Virus record (IMG/VR): IMGVR_UViG_3300023174_000080
Coordinates: 32,001 to 96,000 of that record
Source of the DNA: a virus
Length of the DNA: 64,000 bases
Direction: 5' to 3' (one strand)
Positions within the stretch are counted from its first letter, which is position 1. Each line of letters starts with the position of its first letter. Below the pieces are notes generated by a model that saw only the letters and a program-made list of their open reading frames with translations, had not been told where the DNA came from and ran no database searches. The translations under genes and the position numbers were made by a program. Shown here in pieces: positions 37,664-46,094 of this stretch.

Positions 37664-39657
37664 TGAGTAATACTACAGACACAGAATTGACAAAAAATAT
37701 TGTTTTGTCTCAAGCAGCTATTGAAACAGTAGATTCTGCCATATTTAATTACGTACAAAAATTAGATATTTTCTGTACTACCAATGAGGGCTGGAATAAA
37801 ATCCCAGTCATTTGGGCTTCTGCTGAAAGATCTTATCAGATAAAAAATAATAAATCTTTACGTGATAAAGATGGAACTTTGATATCACCAATTATTTCCA
37901 TAGAAAGAATTGGTATAACAAAAGATGTAAATAAAAAAGGTAATTTTCAAGCTAATTTATCGCCAAAAGACGATAGATATTATGTTAGTAGCATATTAAA
38001 TCAAGATAAAACTTCTAATTTTGCTAACGCTGATTCTTTAAAACAATCTGGTGGTCTGAACATTGTTACATCGAAGAAAAATAAAAAGAAAGTAGTACAA
38101 CATTTAAAAGTACCAATTCCGATTTATGTAACAATACAGTATAAAATTAATATATTTACAAATTATCAAACTCAAATGAATGATGCGATACAGCCTTTTA
38201 TGGCACGTACCGCTCAAGGTTATTTTACAATTAAAGAAGATGACTATAGATTTGAATGCTTTATAGATCCAAATTATGCACAAGAAAGTGTTGCTGATTT
38301 AGGAGAGGACGAGCGCAAATTTAAAAGTACTATAACTATAAATATATTAGGACAATTATTAGGTGAAGGTGCTAACCAAGAAAAACCTAATGTATTAATA
38401 GATGAAAGTCCTGTTGAAATAAAAATACCAACAGAAAAAGTTATAACCGATACAACCCCATTAAAAAAAAATAGAAAAGACACTTCTAGTGCGTTAAAAC
38501 TAGATTCTGCAAAATCTTCTACTACTTTAAAAAGAAATTCCCTACAAGATAGTGTTTCAAAGCAAAAATCAACTAGTGGACAAGTAAACCCTAGCGAAAA
38601 AACAAAAAATAATATCCTATCAGCTAGTAATATTGAAACTATTGATTCTGCTTTTTTGGATCATGTAGAACAATTAAATATTTTTTGTAATACTAATAAT
38701 GGTTGGAATAAAGTACCAATTATCTGGGGGTCAGCCGAAAGAGCATTTCAGGTAAAAAATAACAAATTGTTACGCGATGCTAATGGTTCTTTAATCACAC
38801 CTGTTATATCTCTAGAAAGAGCAGCAGTAGTTAAAGATCCTAATAAAAAAGGCAACTTTCAAGCAAATTTATCTCCAAAAGATGATAGATATTATATAAC
38901 TAAGATATTAAATCAAGATAAAACATCTAATTTTGCTAATGCTGATTCTTTAAGACATAACGATCAAGTAAACTTCGTTACTTCTAAAAAAAATAAAAAA
39001 ATAGTTTATCAAAATTTAGCTGTTAGAATACCAACATATATTTTAGTTGATTATAAAATTAATATTTTAACAAGTTATCAGTTACAAATGAATGAAATAG
39101 TACAAACATTCATGGCTAAAACAGCACAGAACTATTTTATCATTTCTAAAGATGATCATAGATATGAATGTTTTATGAATCCTGAATTCAATCAGGAAAG
39201 TATAGCTGATTTAGGTGAAGAAGAACGTAAATTTAAATTAACTATTACTGTAAAAGTATTAGGCTACCTTGTCGGTGAAGGCGAAAATAATACTGATAGA
39301 AATATAGATATTAATGAAAATCCAGTAGAAATTAAATTTCCAAAAGAAAAAATAATAATTGATGGCCCTAAAAAGAAAAAGAAAAAAGAAATAGGCGATA
39401 GCTATGGCGATGAAACACCAGCGTCAACTACTACTGGGGCGATTAAAAAAACATTCATTATAGGGAACGGCTCAGATTCAGTGTATACAATAGTTCATGG
39501 TTTAAATACACGCGATGCATATGTATCAGTAAGAGAAGATTTTGGTAATTTTTACCAAGTTATCGCTCATGTTGAATTTCCTACTTTAAATTCAATAGAG
39601 GTGGATGTAGGCGATATTATTGATGAAAATAGCCATGTGGTTACAATTATTGGCTAA
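37663..39657 (+). CDS. Tail completion/terminator protein (T4 gp15-like) with the domain present twice
   Basis: Two ~250-aa copies of 'IETxDSA...K[IV]P[VI]IWxSAER...P[IV]IS[IL]ER...IPxY....YKINI.T.YQ.QMN', plus a C-terminal 'YTIVHGLNTRD' small beta domain. Confidence 0.65.
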   Translation: MSNTTDTELTKNIVLSQAAIETVDSAIFNYVQKLDIFCTTNEGWNKIPVIWASAERSYQIKNNKSLRDKDGTLISPIISIERIGITKDVNKKGNFQANLSPKDDRYYVSSILNQDKTSNFANADSLKQSGGLNIVTSKKNKKKVVQHLKVPIPIYVTIQYKINIFTNYQTQMNDAIQPFMARTAQGYFTIKEDDYRFECFIDPNYAQESVADLGEDERKFKSTITINILGQLLGEGANQEKPNVLIDESPVEIKIPTEKVITDTTPLKKNRKDTSSALKLDSAKSSTTLKRNSLQDSVSKQKSTSGQVNPSEKTKNNILSASNIETIDSAFLDHVEQLNIFCNTNNGWNKVPIIWGSAERAFQVKNNKLLRDANGSLITPVISLERAAVVKDPNKKGNFQANLSPKDDRYYITKILNQDKTSNFANADSLRHNDQVNFVTSKKNKKIVYQNLAVRIPTYILVDYKINILTSYQLQMNEIVQTFMAKTAQNYFIISKDDHRYECFMNPEFNQESIADLGEEERKFKLTITVKVLGYLVGEGENNTDRNIDINENPVEIKFPKEKIIIDGPKKKKKKEIGDSYGDETPASTTTGAIKKTFIIGNGSDSVYTIVHGLNTRDAYVSVREDFGNFYQVIAHVEFPTLNSIEVDVGDIIDENSHVVTIIG

Positions 39658-39692
39658 GTAAAATCCGAAATAATTCTTTTCCTAAAAATAAA

Positions 39693-39702
39693 ACTATTTA
39701 TT
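39693..39702 (+). promoter_or_regulatory. Putative late promoter motif ACTATTTATT
   Basis: Intergenic copy of the recurrent motif, upstream of the 511-aa fibre gene. Confidence 0.6.
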
Positions 39703-39704
39703 AT

Positions 39705-39748
39705 ATAGCGATTTTAATCGGTTGTTAAGGTTAAGGCGCTATTTTTTT
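39705..39748 (+). terminator. Probable intrinsic terminator
   Basis: ATAGCG-a-TTTTAATC pairs with GGTTAAGG-CGCTAT (including G-U pairs), followed by a T7 run. Confidence 0.55.
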
Positions 39749-39779
39749 ATCCGCCCATAGGGCAAGGAAAAGTATTACA

Positions 39780-41315
39780 ATGGCAAATCCATTAAAGATT
39801 TTAACAGTTTTGACAGCTTCTGAAGCTGCTCAATTCAAAAAAGCAGTTCAAGTTGAAACTGGCGGTTTAACAGTTTCTGCTGGCGACACAACCGTTCAAA
39901 ATTTATATGCTGCAAATCTTAGCGGTTCAGGCACAGCACAAGTAGGTGGTGCATTAACTGTAGCAGGCAACGCAGTATTAACAACTGTAAGCGCTTCTAG
40001 CGTAAGCGCATCTGGTGATATGACCATGCGCGATGCAGTATTACGTAACGCCAATTTATCAGGCGATGCATATTTACAAAACGCTTATTTAACTAACGCA
40101 TATCTAAGCGGCGCAGCAACATTTATTGATGGCGTATCTTTCAATTCCGTCACAAGCTCAATCAAAACATTGATCACTAACGAAGCTAGCGCACGTATCG
40201 CTGGTGATATTGCCGTTGCTGCAACTGCATCTGCTAACTTAAACACCGTTTCTGGTGCTTTAAAAACATATGTTGATTCACGCGATACAGCAATTTCTGG
40301 TGCATTTAAAACTTACGTAGACGCACAAGACAGTGCTCTATCTAGCTCAATGAAGACCTACGTAGATGCACAAGACACAGCACTTTCTGGCGCATTAAAA
40401 ACATACGTAGATGCAGCAGATGGCGTATTAGATGGCAGAATTTCTTCTGTTTCAGGTGCTATCAAGTCTTATGTAGATGCACAAGATACAGCACTTTCTG
40501 GCGCTGTTTCTTCTTCACTCGCAGCAGAAGCTTCAGCACGTATCGCTGAAGATTTGAAATTCTTATATCTAGATGGTACTCGCGCAATGACTGGCGATTT
40601 AAATATGGGTAGCAAAAACATCACCTCTGCAAAGAGTGGTTCATTCTCAGGTGACGTAACAGTTGGCGGTAACTTACAAGTTAATGGTCAATTAACCTAC
40701 ATCAACAGCGTAAACCTTGAAGTAACCGATAAATTAGTAACTATCGCAAAAGGTGCAGCTAATGGTGCAGCAGCAGATGGTGCAGGTATCGAAGTAGACG
40801 GTGCAGGCGTAAGCTTCAAATATGATAACGCAGCAGGTAAATGGGTATCAGACATTGGCTTAAGCGTTGCTAACGAAGCAAGCTTTGGTGGTGCTATGAA
40901 GCTTTCTGGCTCTGCATTCTCCTATATCGCTACACCAATCGTAAGCAACAAATATGATGTAAACGCCGCTATTCGCGCATTAGACGTAGCAGTAAGCGGT
41001 GCAGTAAATGCTGGTTCTTCTGATTTAAACACCTTGAAGAGCAACTATGATGCACTACGTCAAGTTGTAACTGGTACATTAAGCAGCGGTACAGCATTGT
41101 TAACCTTAGCTGGCGCACAATTCGCAGCAGGACAAATTGATAATCTAGCATTAGACGTAATGATTGATGCAGATAACACTGGCTATACAAACGACTTGGT
41201 AGCAATCAAAATGTTTGCAGACGGTGCAAATGTCAAAGTACAAATTGATGCTCCAGCAGCAGCAAGCGCTAAGTATCGCTTAATCGTTGTAAACGAAGCA
41301 GACGGCAAGCTCTAA
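39780..41315 (+). CDS. Trimeric fibre protein with coiled-coil stalk (highly expressed codon style)
   Basis: 15-residue 'SGALKTYVDAQDTAL' repeats, 'DGTRAMTGDLNMG', 'VGGNLQVNG...VTDKLVTIAKG...GAGIEV' fibre motifs; codon usage like the major capsid gene. Confidence 0.8.
   Translation: MANPLKILTVLTASEAAQFKKAVQVETGGLTVSAGDTTVQNLYAANLSGSGTAQVGGALTVAGNAVLTTVSASSVSASGDMTMRDAVLRNANLSGDAYLQNAYLTNAYLSGAATFIDGVSFNSVTSSIKTLITNEASARIAGDIAVAATASANLNTVSGALKTYVDSRDTAISGAFKTYVDAQDSALSSSMKTYVDAQDTALSGALKTYVDAADGVLDGRISSVSGAIKSYVDAQDTALSGAVSSSLAAEASARIAEDLKFLYLDGTRAMTGDLNMGSKNITSAKSGSFSGDVTVGGNLQVNGQLTYINSVNLEVTDKLVTIAKGAANGAAADGAGIEVDGAGVSFKYDNAAGKWVSDIGLSVANEASFGGAMKLSGSAFSYIATPIVSNKYDVNAAIRALDVAVSGAVNAGSSDLNTLKSNYDALRQVVTGTLSSGTALLTLAGAQFAAGQIDNLALDVMIDADNTGYTNDLVAIKMFADGANVKVQIDAPAAASAKYRLIVVNEADGKL
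40248..40505 (+). repeat. Five imperfect 45-nt (15-aa) coding repeats
   Basis: VSGALKTYVDSRDTA / ISGAFKTYVDAQDSA / LSSSMKTYVDAQDTA / LSGALKTYVDAADGV / (7-aa spacer) / VSGAIKSYVDAQDTA. Confidence 0.85.
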
Positions 41316-41353
41316 TAATTAGAGATAACTTATTGTTAGAATAGGTTAAGGGG

Positions 41354-41388
41354 GGGAGGCAGAAATGCCTCCCTTTCTTTTTATTTTT
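41354..41388 (+). terminator. Rho-independent terminator
   Basis: GGGAGGCA-GAAA-TGCCTCCC perfect 8-bp stem with GNRA loop, followed by TTTCTTTTTATTTTT, downstream of the fibre gene. Confidence 0.9.
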
Positions 41389-41389
41389 A

Positions 41390-41399
41390 ACTATTTATT
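41390..41399 (+). promoter_or_regulatory. Putative late promoter motif ACTATTTATT
   Basis: Lies immediately after the terminator, where transcription must restart; 3 nt before the ATG at 41403. Confidence 0.6.
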
Positions 41400-41402
41400 A
41401 CT

Positions 41403-41606
41403 ATGAAACGTAAAATAACTTATCTTATTAAAGACTTTGATAAAATAATGCGCGAGATATTGCCACATACTGGAGATTTTCGCAAAGAAGTCATGTTGTT
41501 AAAACGTAAGGAAGAATTTATAGAAATAATAGATAACATGGCAGAAAAATACGATAAAATTATTGAGCTAATAGAAAACGAAAAGGATCTACCAGATGAA
41601 ATATAA
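41403..41606 (+). CDS. Hypothetical protein (possibly leaderless)
   Basis: 67-aa charged helical ORF with no SD; its ATG directly follows the promoter motif. Confidence 0.5.
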   Translation: MKRKITYLIKDFDKIMREILPHTGDFRKEVMLLKRKEEFIEIIDNMAEKYDKIIELIENEKDLPDEI

Positions 41607-41850
41607 ATTTTCTTTTATTCAAGTAACTAATTGGTTAATGATTTGTCGTGATAATCTTAAAAAAATTCGTGAAGAAGCTAATGAAGGTTTCCAAGATAAG
41701 GAGAAAGTTATAGAAAAATTAAAAAAACAAAAGCGCGATCTTTTGTTGGTTAAAGATATTTTAAATAGAAAAATTAAGCTACATGGGATTAGCCCTGATT
41801 TCTTGAAAAATTTAAAAACCATCAAGAAAGAATACGGTATAGAAGATTAA
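41596..41850 (+). CDS. Hypothetical basic coiled-coil protein
   Basis: AAGGA RBS, overlaps the previous stop, 84 aa. Confidence 0.55.
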   Translation: MKYKFSFIQVTNWLMICRDNLKKIREEANEGFQDKEKVIEKLKKQKRDLLLVKDILNRKIKLHGISPDFLKNLKTIKKEYGIED

Positions 41851-41862
41851 GGAAAATAAAAG

Positions 41863-43302
41863 ATGGCAGTTAAGCCAGCAAAAGCGATTGCGGATTTACT
41901 TGCGCGAAAGCAGATATTAAAAGTCGATAAAGAAAACAATATTCTTTTTAAAGTTTCTGGATCTTTAGGTTCTGGTGCTGTTAGTTCATCATTGCCGGTA
42001 ACAGCATCTGGATATTTTTCTGCTTTTGATTCTTTTATTTCTGGAACATTAACTACTAAAAACTTAGCAATCTCTGATGAAAAAAGTTATGTAAATATAA
42101 ATCAATTAAGCAATGTTTCTGCTTCTGATGCTACGGAAGGAAAATTTCTTACATATGATGGTACTAATTGGATCCCTTCAGAAATACAAGTTAATGCAGG
42201 CATAGGAGCGCAAAGTTATTCAAGTTTAAGGTATCATTCAGATGGTTTATTTTATAATAATGATACGATAATATTAAATTTGCCTTTATCTTCTGCTTAT
42301 GGTCCTAGCTTCCCAGTAGAATCAATAAATTATTTTACGTATAATTTGTTAGTCCAAGAAACATCAGAATCTAGCTGGAGAAATGATTTAGCATCTGTAG
42401 AATTCGTAGTTACTGGTACAGGGACTCCATATGTTGCAGCGGTAATTAACGCTCCGTTTGTTCCTTATGCATATACATTTAATGCGACAAATGAAAATAC
42501 AGCTGACTTAAGAACTTCTGTTGCATTTAACGGTTTTGGTGTTTCAGAAGAATCTTATAATCGTTTACGTTTTCATGATTTTGGTTTTTTTACTAGCGAT
42601 GCGGCAGAAATACCCCTACCAGTTTCTTCTACTTTTGGCGTTTCTTTTCCTACAGGTTCATTAAAATATATAACCTATAATGTTCTTATAAAAGAAACTG
42701 AATTTTCAAATTGGAAAAATGATCTAGCATCAGTAGAATTTAAAATTTCTGGTTCCCAAATATGGGCAGTTATTTCTGCTCCTGCTCAACCATACGCATA
42801 CACCTTCAATGCTACTAATAATAATCCAATAGATGTTCCATCAGACGTTTCTATTGCAAATTATACAAACATTTATGTTTCAAATAATGCTGAGATACTT
42901 GGAGATTTAACAGTTAAAGGTACGAATGAGCTATCTAATATAGGGTATAATCTTCTTGTTGATGATTTATATAATGTAGCAGATGTATTTTCTGCCGTTG
43001 ATACAAGATTTGCTCAATTAGTAACCAATTTTAATAATTTGCGTGAAGTTCAAATAGGAAATTTTGACATTTACGGAAACAAAACTATCGTACTTAATAA
43101 TTTTACAGCTGATGATATTGATTATCTATCACTTGATGTAATGGTTAAATATAGTGGTAGTTCTCAATACGTTAATGATTTAATAAGTGTACGAATGTCG
43201 GGAACCTTATCTAACCAAATAAGTATCGAAATTGATGCTCCTAGCGTAACCTATGAAGATTTTTATAGAATTATTGCAGTAAAAGAGACAGGAAGCATTT
43301 AA
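41863..43302 (+). CDS. Fibre-family protein with three copies of a ~90-aa C-terminal-type domain
   Basis: 'INQLSNVSAS....GKFLTYDGTNW' fibre motif; two internal 'Y..LR.H..G.F...LP.SS..G.SFP..S..Y.TYN.L..ET..S.W.NDLASVEF...PYAYTFNATN' copies plus a terminal copy. Confidence 0.7.
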   Translation: MAVKPAKAIADLLARKQILKVDKENNILFKVSGSLGSGAVSSSLPVTASGYFSAFDSFISGTLTTKNLAISDEKSYVNINQLSNVSASDATEGKFLTYDGTNWIPSEIQVNAGIGAQSYSSLRYHSDGLFYNNDTIILNLPLSSAYGPSFPVESINYFTYNLLVQETSESSWRNDLASVEFVVTGTGTPYVAAVINAPFVPYAYTFNATNENTADLRTSVAFNGFGVSEESYNRLRFHDFGFFTSDAAEIPLPVSSTFGVSFPTGSLKYITYNVLIKETEFSNWKNDLASVEFKISGSQIWAVISAPAQPYAYTFNATNNNPIDVPSDVSIANYTNIYVSNNAEILGDLTVKGTNELSNIGYNLLVDDLYNVADVFSAVDTRFAQLVTNFNNLREVQIGNFDIYGNKTIVLNNFTADDIDYLSLDVMVKYSGSSQYVNDLISVRMSGTLSNQISIEIDAPSVTYEDFYRIIAVKETGSI

Positions 43303-43306
43303 ACAA

Positions 43307-43316
43307 ACTATTTATT
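43307..43316 (+). promoter_or_regulatory. Putative late promoter motif ACTATTTATT
   Basis: Intergenic, 27 nt before the ATG of a fibre-family gene that has an AGGAG RBS. Confidence 0.6.
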
Positions 43317-43343
43317 ACAAATTGTAAAAAGGAGATTAAATAA

Positions 43344-44438
43344 ATGGCTGTTAAACCAGTAAAAGTATTAACTGATCTGCAAACAAATAAGCAGATTACT
43401 AAAGTAGATAGAGCAGCAGGTAATGCAGTATTATTCAACGTTTCAGGTACAGTTGCTGGTGGCGGTCATGTAAGTTCTTCTCTTCCTTATACTGGTTCTG
43501 GCCTTTATATAGATGGCGATGCATTAATTAATGGTACATTAACTGTTAAAACATATCATTCAATAGATGTTACCGCATCAGTTTTATATGAAAGTGGTTC
43601 TTCAAAGTTTGGTAATAGTGCAGATGATACTCATCAATTTACTGGCAGTGTATCAATTAGCGGCTCTTTTGTTGCCGATTATCTAACAGCATCATATGGC
43701 CTTTATTCTGGTGGTCCTTCTAATTTATCAGGTGCTGTCACAGCAAGAAATGGTTTAACAGTTCTTGGAGCGCCATTAAATGCAATAGCCGTTCCAGTAA
43801 GTGCAAGTAGTTTGTTTGTAACAGATGGCGGCACTTTTGGCGGCAAAGTAACAGCAGTGGGTCTTACTTCTTCAGCTGGATTATCTGTAGTAGGCCAAGC
43901 AAATGTTATCGGCACCATTAGTGCAACAACTTCTGCTTATGCTCCAACAGTTGCAGGTGTTAATGGTTTATTTGCCACTAGCTCTGTGGCCGCACAAAGT
44001 CCATTTAGTAATATAGCGGTCATTACTGGTTCTCAAGCTGTTGGCGGTGTAACGTATGACATGTATAGTATCGATCAGGCTTTCCATGCTATCGATTCTG
44101 TATTAGCCGATTCTAGCAAAACTTCTAATGCATATAAGCGTTTGCGCTATCAAACAAGTGGTACTTTTGATCCAAGTGGCATTCAATTAGTGGCCCTACC
44201 ATTAACACAATTTAGCGGTTCAGCATTTTCAACTTCATCATTAGATTTTATTACCGTTGATGTTATGGTTAAATTAGAAAGTGGCGATAATTGGATGAAC
44301 GATGTAGTAGCAATTGAAACATATATTACTGGTTCTCCCGGTAGTGAATATGTGGAAGTAGCTATTCACAGTGCTGATGTACCTTATGCTTATCGTTTAA
44401 TCGCATTAAATGAAGATCCAAGCAAATATGTGATATAA
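43344..44438 (+). CDS. Fibre-family protein (paralog of 41863 and 39780)
   Basis: The N-terminus MAVKPVKVLTDL matches MAVKPAKAIADL; 'SGSSKFGNSADDTHQFTGS' fibre motif; shared C-terminal domain. Confidence 0.72.
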   Translation: MAVKPVKVLTDLQTNKQITKVDRAAGNAVLFNVSGTVAGGGHVSSSLPYTGSGLYIDGDALINGTLTVKTYHSIDVTASVLYESGSSKFGNSADDTHQFTGSVSISGSFVADYLTASYGLYSGGPSNLSGAVTARNGLTVLGAPLNAIAVPVSASSLFVTDGGTFGGKVTAVGLTSSAGLSVVGQANVIGTISATTSAYAPTVAGVNGLFATSSVAAQSPFSNIAVITGSQAVGGVTYDMYSIDQAFHAIDSVLADSSKTSNAYKRLRYQTSGTFDPSGIQLVALPLTQFSGSAFSTSSLDFITVDVMVKLESGDNWMNDVVAIETYITGSPGSEYVEVAIHSADVPYAYRLIALNEDPSKYVI

Positions 44439-44447
44439 TAATCACAT

Positions 44448-44978
44448 ATGATTCTCGGTTTAGATATTTCAACTTCGATTACAGGAATAACCGTCCTTGA
44501 TGATACAGGGACGGTTGTTCTTTTTGATGCTGTAGACATGCGTTCTAAGAAATTTACTACTTTCTTTATTAAAGCAGATGCTATAGAACGGCGGCTGGTA
44601 CAGATAAAAAACCAATACAAAATTGATAAAATATTTATAGAACAAAGTTTACAAGCATTTAGACCGGGACTTTCATCTGCAAAAGTCATTTTGACATTAG
44701 GAAAATTTAATGGCATAGTTAGTTGGACTTGTTATAAAATTTTTGGCTTTGAACCAGAATATATCGGCGCTTCTACTGCTAGAAAAGCTTTAGGAATTAA
44801 AGTAGAACGTGGCGAAAATGCCAAAGAAATCGTTTTAAAGCGAGTTTTAGAACTTGAAAGCTCGTTTAACGTAGAGTATACTCCAAAAGGTAATCCAGTA
44901 GCAGGCACTTATGATAGAGCCGATAGCTATGTTATTGCTAGAGCGGGGTATTTGTCTTGTCAGACACCAAAAAAATAG
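44448..44978 (+). CDS. RuvC-like Holliday junction resolvase
   Basis: RNase H-fold acidic motifs 'ILGLDISTSITG', 'IFIEQ' and 'DRADSYVIA'. Confidence 0.85.
   Translation: MILGLDISTSITGITVLDDTGTVVLFDAVDMRSKKFTTFFIKADAIERRLVQIKNQYKIDKIFIEQSLQAFRPGLSSAKVILTLGKFNGIVSWTCYKIFGFEPEYIGASTARKALGIKVERGENAKEIVLKRVLELESSFNVEYTPKGNPVAGTYDRADSYVIARAGYLSCQTPKK
44854..44882 (+). promoter_or_regulatory. Sigma70-type promoter for primase, embedded in the resolvase gene
   Basis: TTGAAA-N17-TATACT, ~75 nt upstream of the primase start. Confidence 0.6.
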
Positions 44979-45898
44979 AAATTCTTAAACAAATTCTTGG
45001 TGATTATTATACTTCTGGTCATGAAAAGTTGTTTTTTTGTCCAAAGTGTAAACATCACAAAAAGAAATTATCCGTTAATCTTGATAAAGATGCCTTCAAG
45101 TGCTGGATTTGCGATTTCTCAGGCAAATCTATTCGTCGTTTAGTGTTAAGGTATGGTAATTATGTCCAACAAAAGTCTTGGAATGAACTTTCAGGTGTTG
45201 TCGAGATTACAGAATACGAAAAAATCTTCCTCACAGAAGAAAATATCGAAGAAAAGACTGAACCAATCACACTTCCGTCTGAATTTCAGACGCTATGCAA
45301 CAAAGATTTAAGTCTTACATCACTTCCAGCACGTAGATACCTGAAGGATCGTGGTGTAAATCGTGAAGATATCTTATTTTGGAAGATTGGTTATGCAGTT
45401 TCTGGTGAATACGCTGGTAGGATTATAATCCCATCATTTAATCTTGATGGAAAAATAGATTATTTTATTGGTAGAACATATGAAGGTGATTGGAAGCGAT
45501 ATTTAAATCCTCCAATCCCAAAAGATATTATTTTTAATGAACTTTATGTTGATTGGAATAGTGATATTACAATTGTTGAAGGAGTATTTGATGCCATTAA
45601 AGCAAAAAACGCCATTCCTATTCTTGGCTCTACTCTAAGAGAAGGTTCAAGATTATTTCGTGAATTAATACGTAACGACCCAGCAATTTATATTGCATTA
45701 GACCCAGATGCCGAGAGAAAGGCGGAAAAATTAATTGGTACTCTATTAAGCTACGATGCTGAAGTATATAAGATAGAAATACCTTTTGGAAAAGACGTAG
45801 GTGATATGACTCACGAAGAATATTTAGAACGTAAGAAAGAGGCGAAACTAATTAAAGATAGAGATTATTTTTTAATTAATAAAATCATGAGCCTATAA
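44957..45898 (+). CDS. DNA primase (zinc finger + TOPRIM)
   Basis: CPKC...CWIC zinc finger, 'YLKDRG', 'RIIIPSF', 'IVEGVFDAI' and 'IALDPDA'; TTG start. Confidence 0.9.
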   Translation: MSDTKKIEILKQILGDYYTSGHEKLFFCPKCKHHKKKLSVNLDKDAFKCWICDFSGKSIRRLVLRYGNYVQQKSWNELSGVVEITEYEKIFLTEENIEEKTEPITLPSEFQTLCNKDLSLTSLPARRYLKDRGVNREDILFWKIGYAVSGEYAGRIIIPSFNLDGKIDYFIGRTYEGDWKRYLNPPIPKDIIFNELYVDWNSDITIVEGVFDAIKAKNAIPILGSTLREGSRLFRELIRNDPAIYIALDPDAERKAEKLIGTLLSYDAEVYKIEIPFGKDVGDMTHEEYLERKKEAKLIKDRDYFLINKIMSL

Positions 45899-45899
45899 C

Positions 45900-46094
45900 A
45901 TGTCGAGCAATTTTAAATATGATAAAAAAACATTAATGGAATTATTAAAGATTGTTCTTGCTACACATGATGATATTACGCCACAAGAAAAACAAGATAT
46001 ACTAAAAATAATGCAATTATTATTAAATCAATCGGATGAAAAACATGAAGATAAACAAAATATTTTTAATACAGATTATAAAAGAAGAAATTAA
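45900..46094 (+). CDS. Hypothetical protein
   Basis: 64-aa ORF starting 1 nt after the primase stop; overlaps the next ORF. Confidence 0.45.
   Translation: MSSNFKYDKKTLMELLKIVLATHDDITPQEKQDILKIMQLLLNQSDEKHEDKQNIFNTDYKRRN

Noticed and set aside
37696-39360. Long near-duplicate DNA considered as a diversity-generating retroelement TR/VR pair
   Set aside because: Differences are mostly synonymous and not adenine-specific, both copies are coding, and there is no reverse transcriptase in the window.
40248-40505. Regularly spaced repeats considered as a CRISPR array (also 58170..58297)
   Set aside because: The repeats are in-frame, degenerate at third codon positions and lack unique spacers; no cas genes are present.
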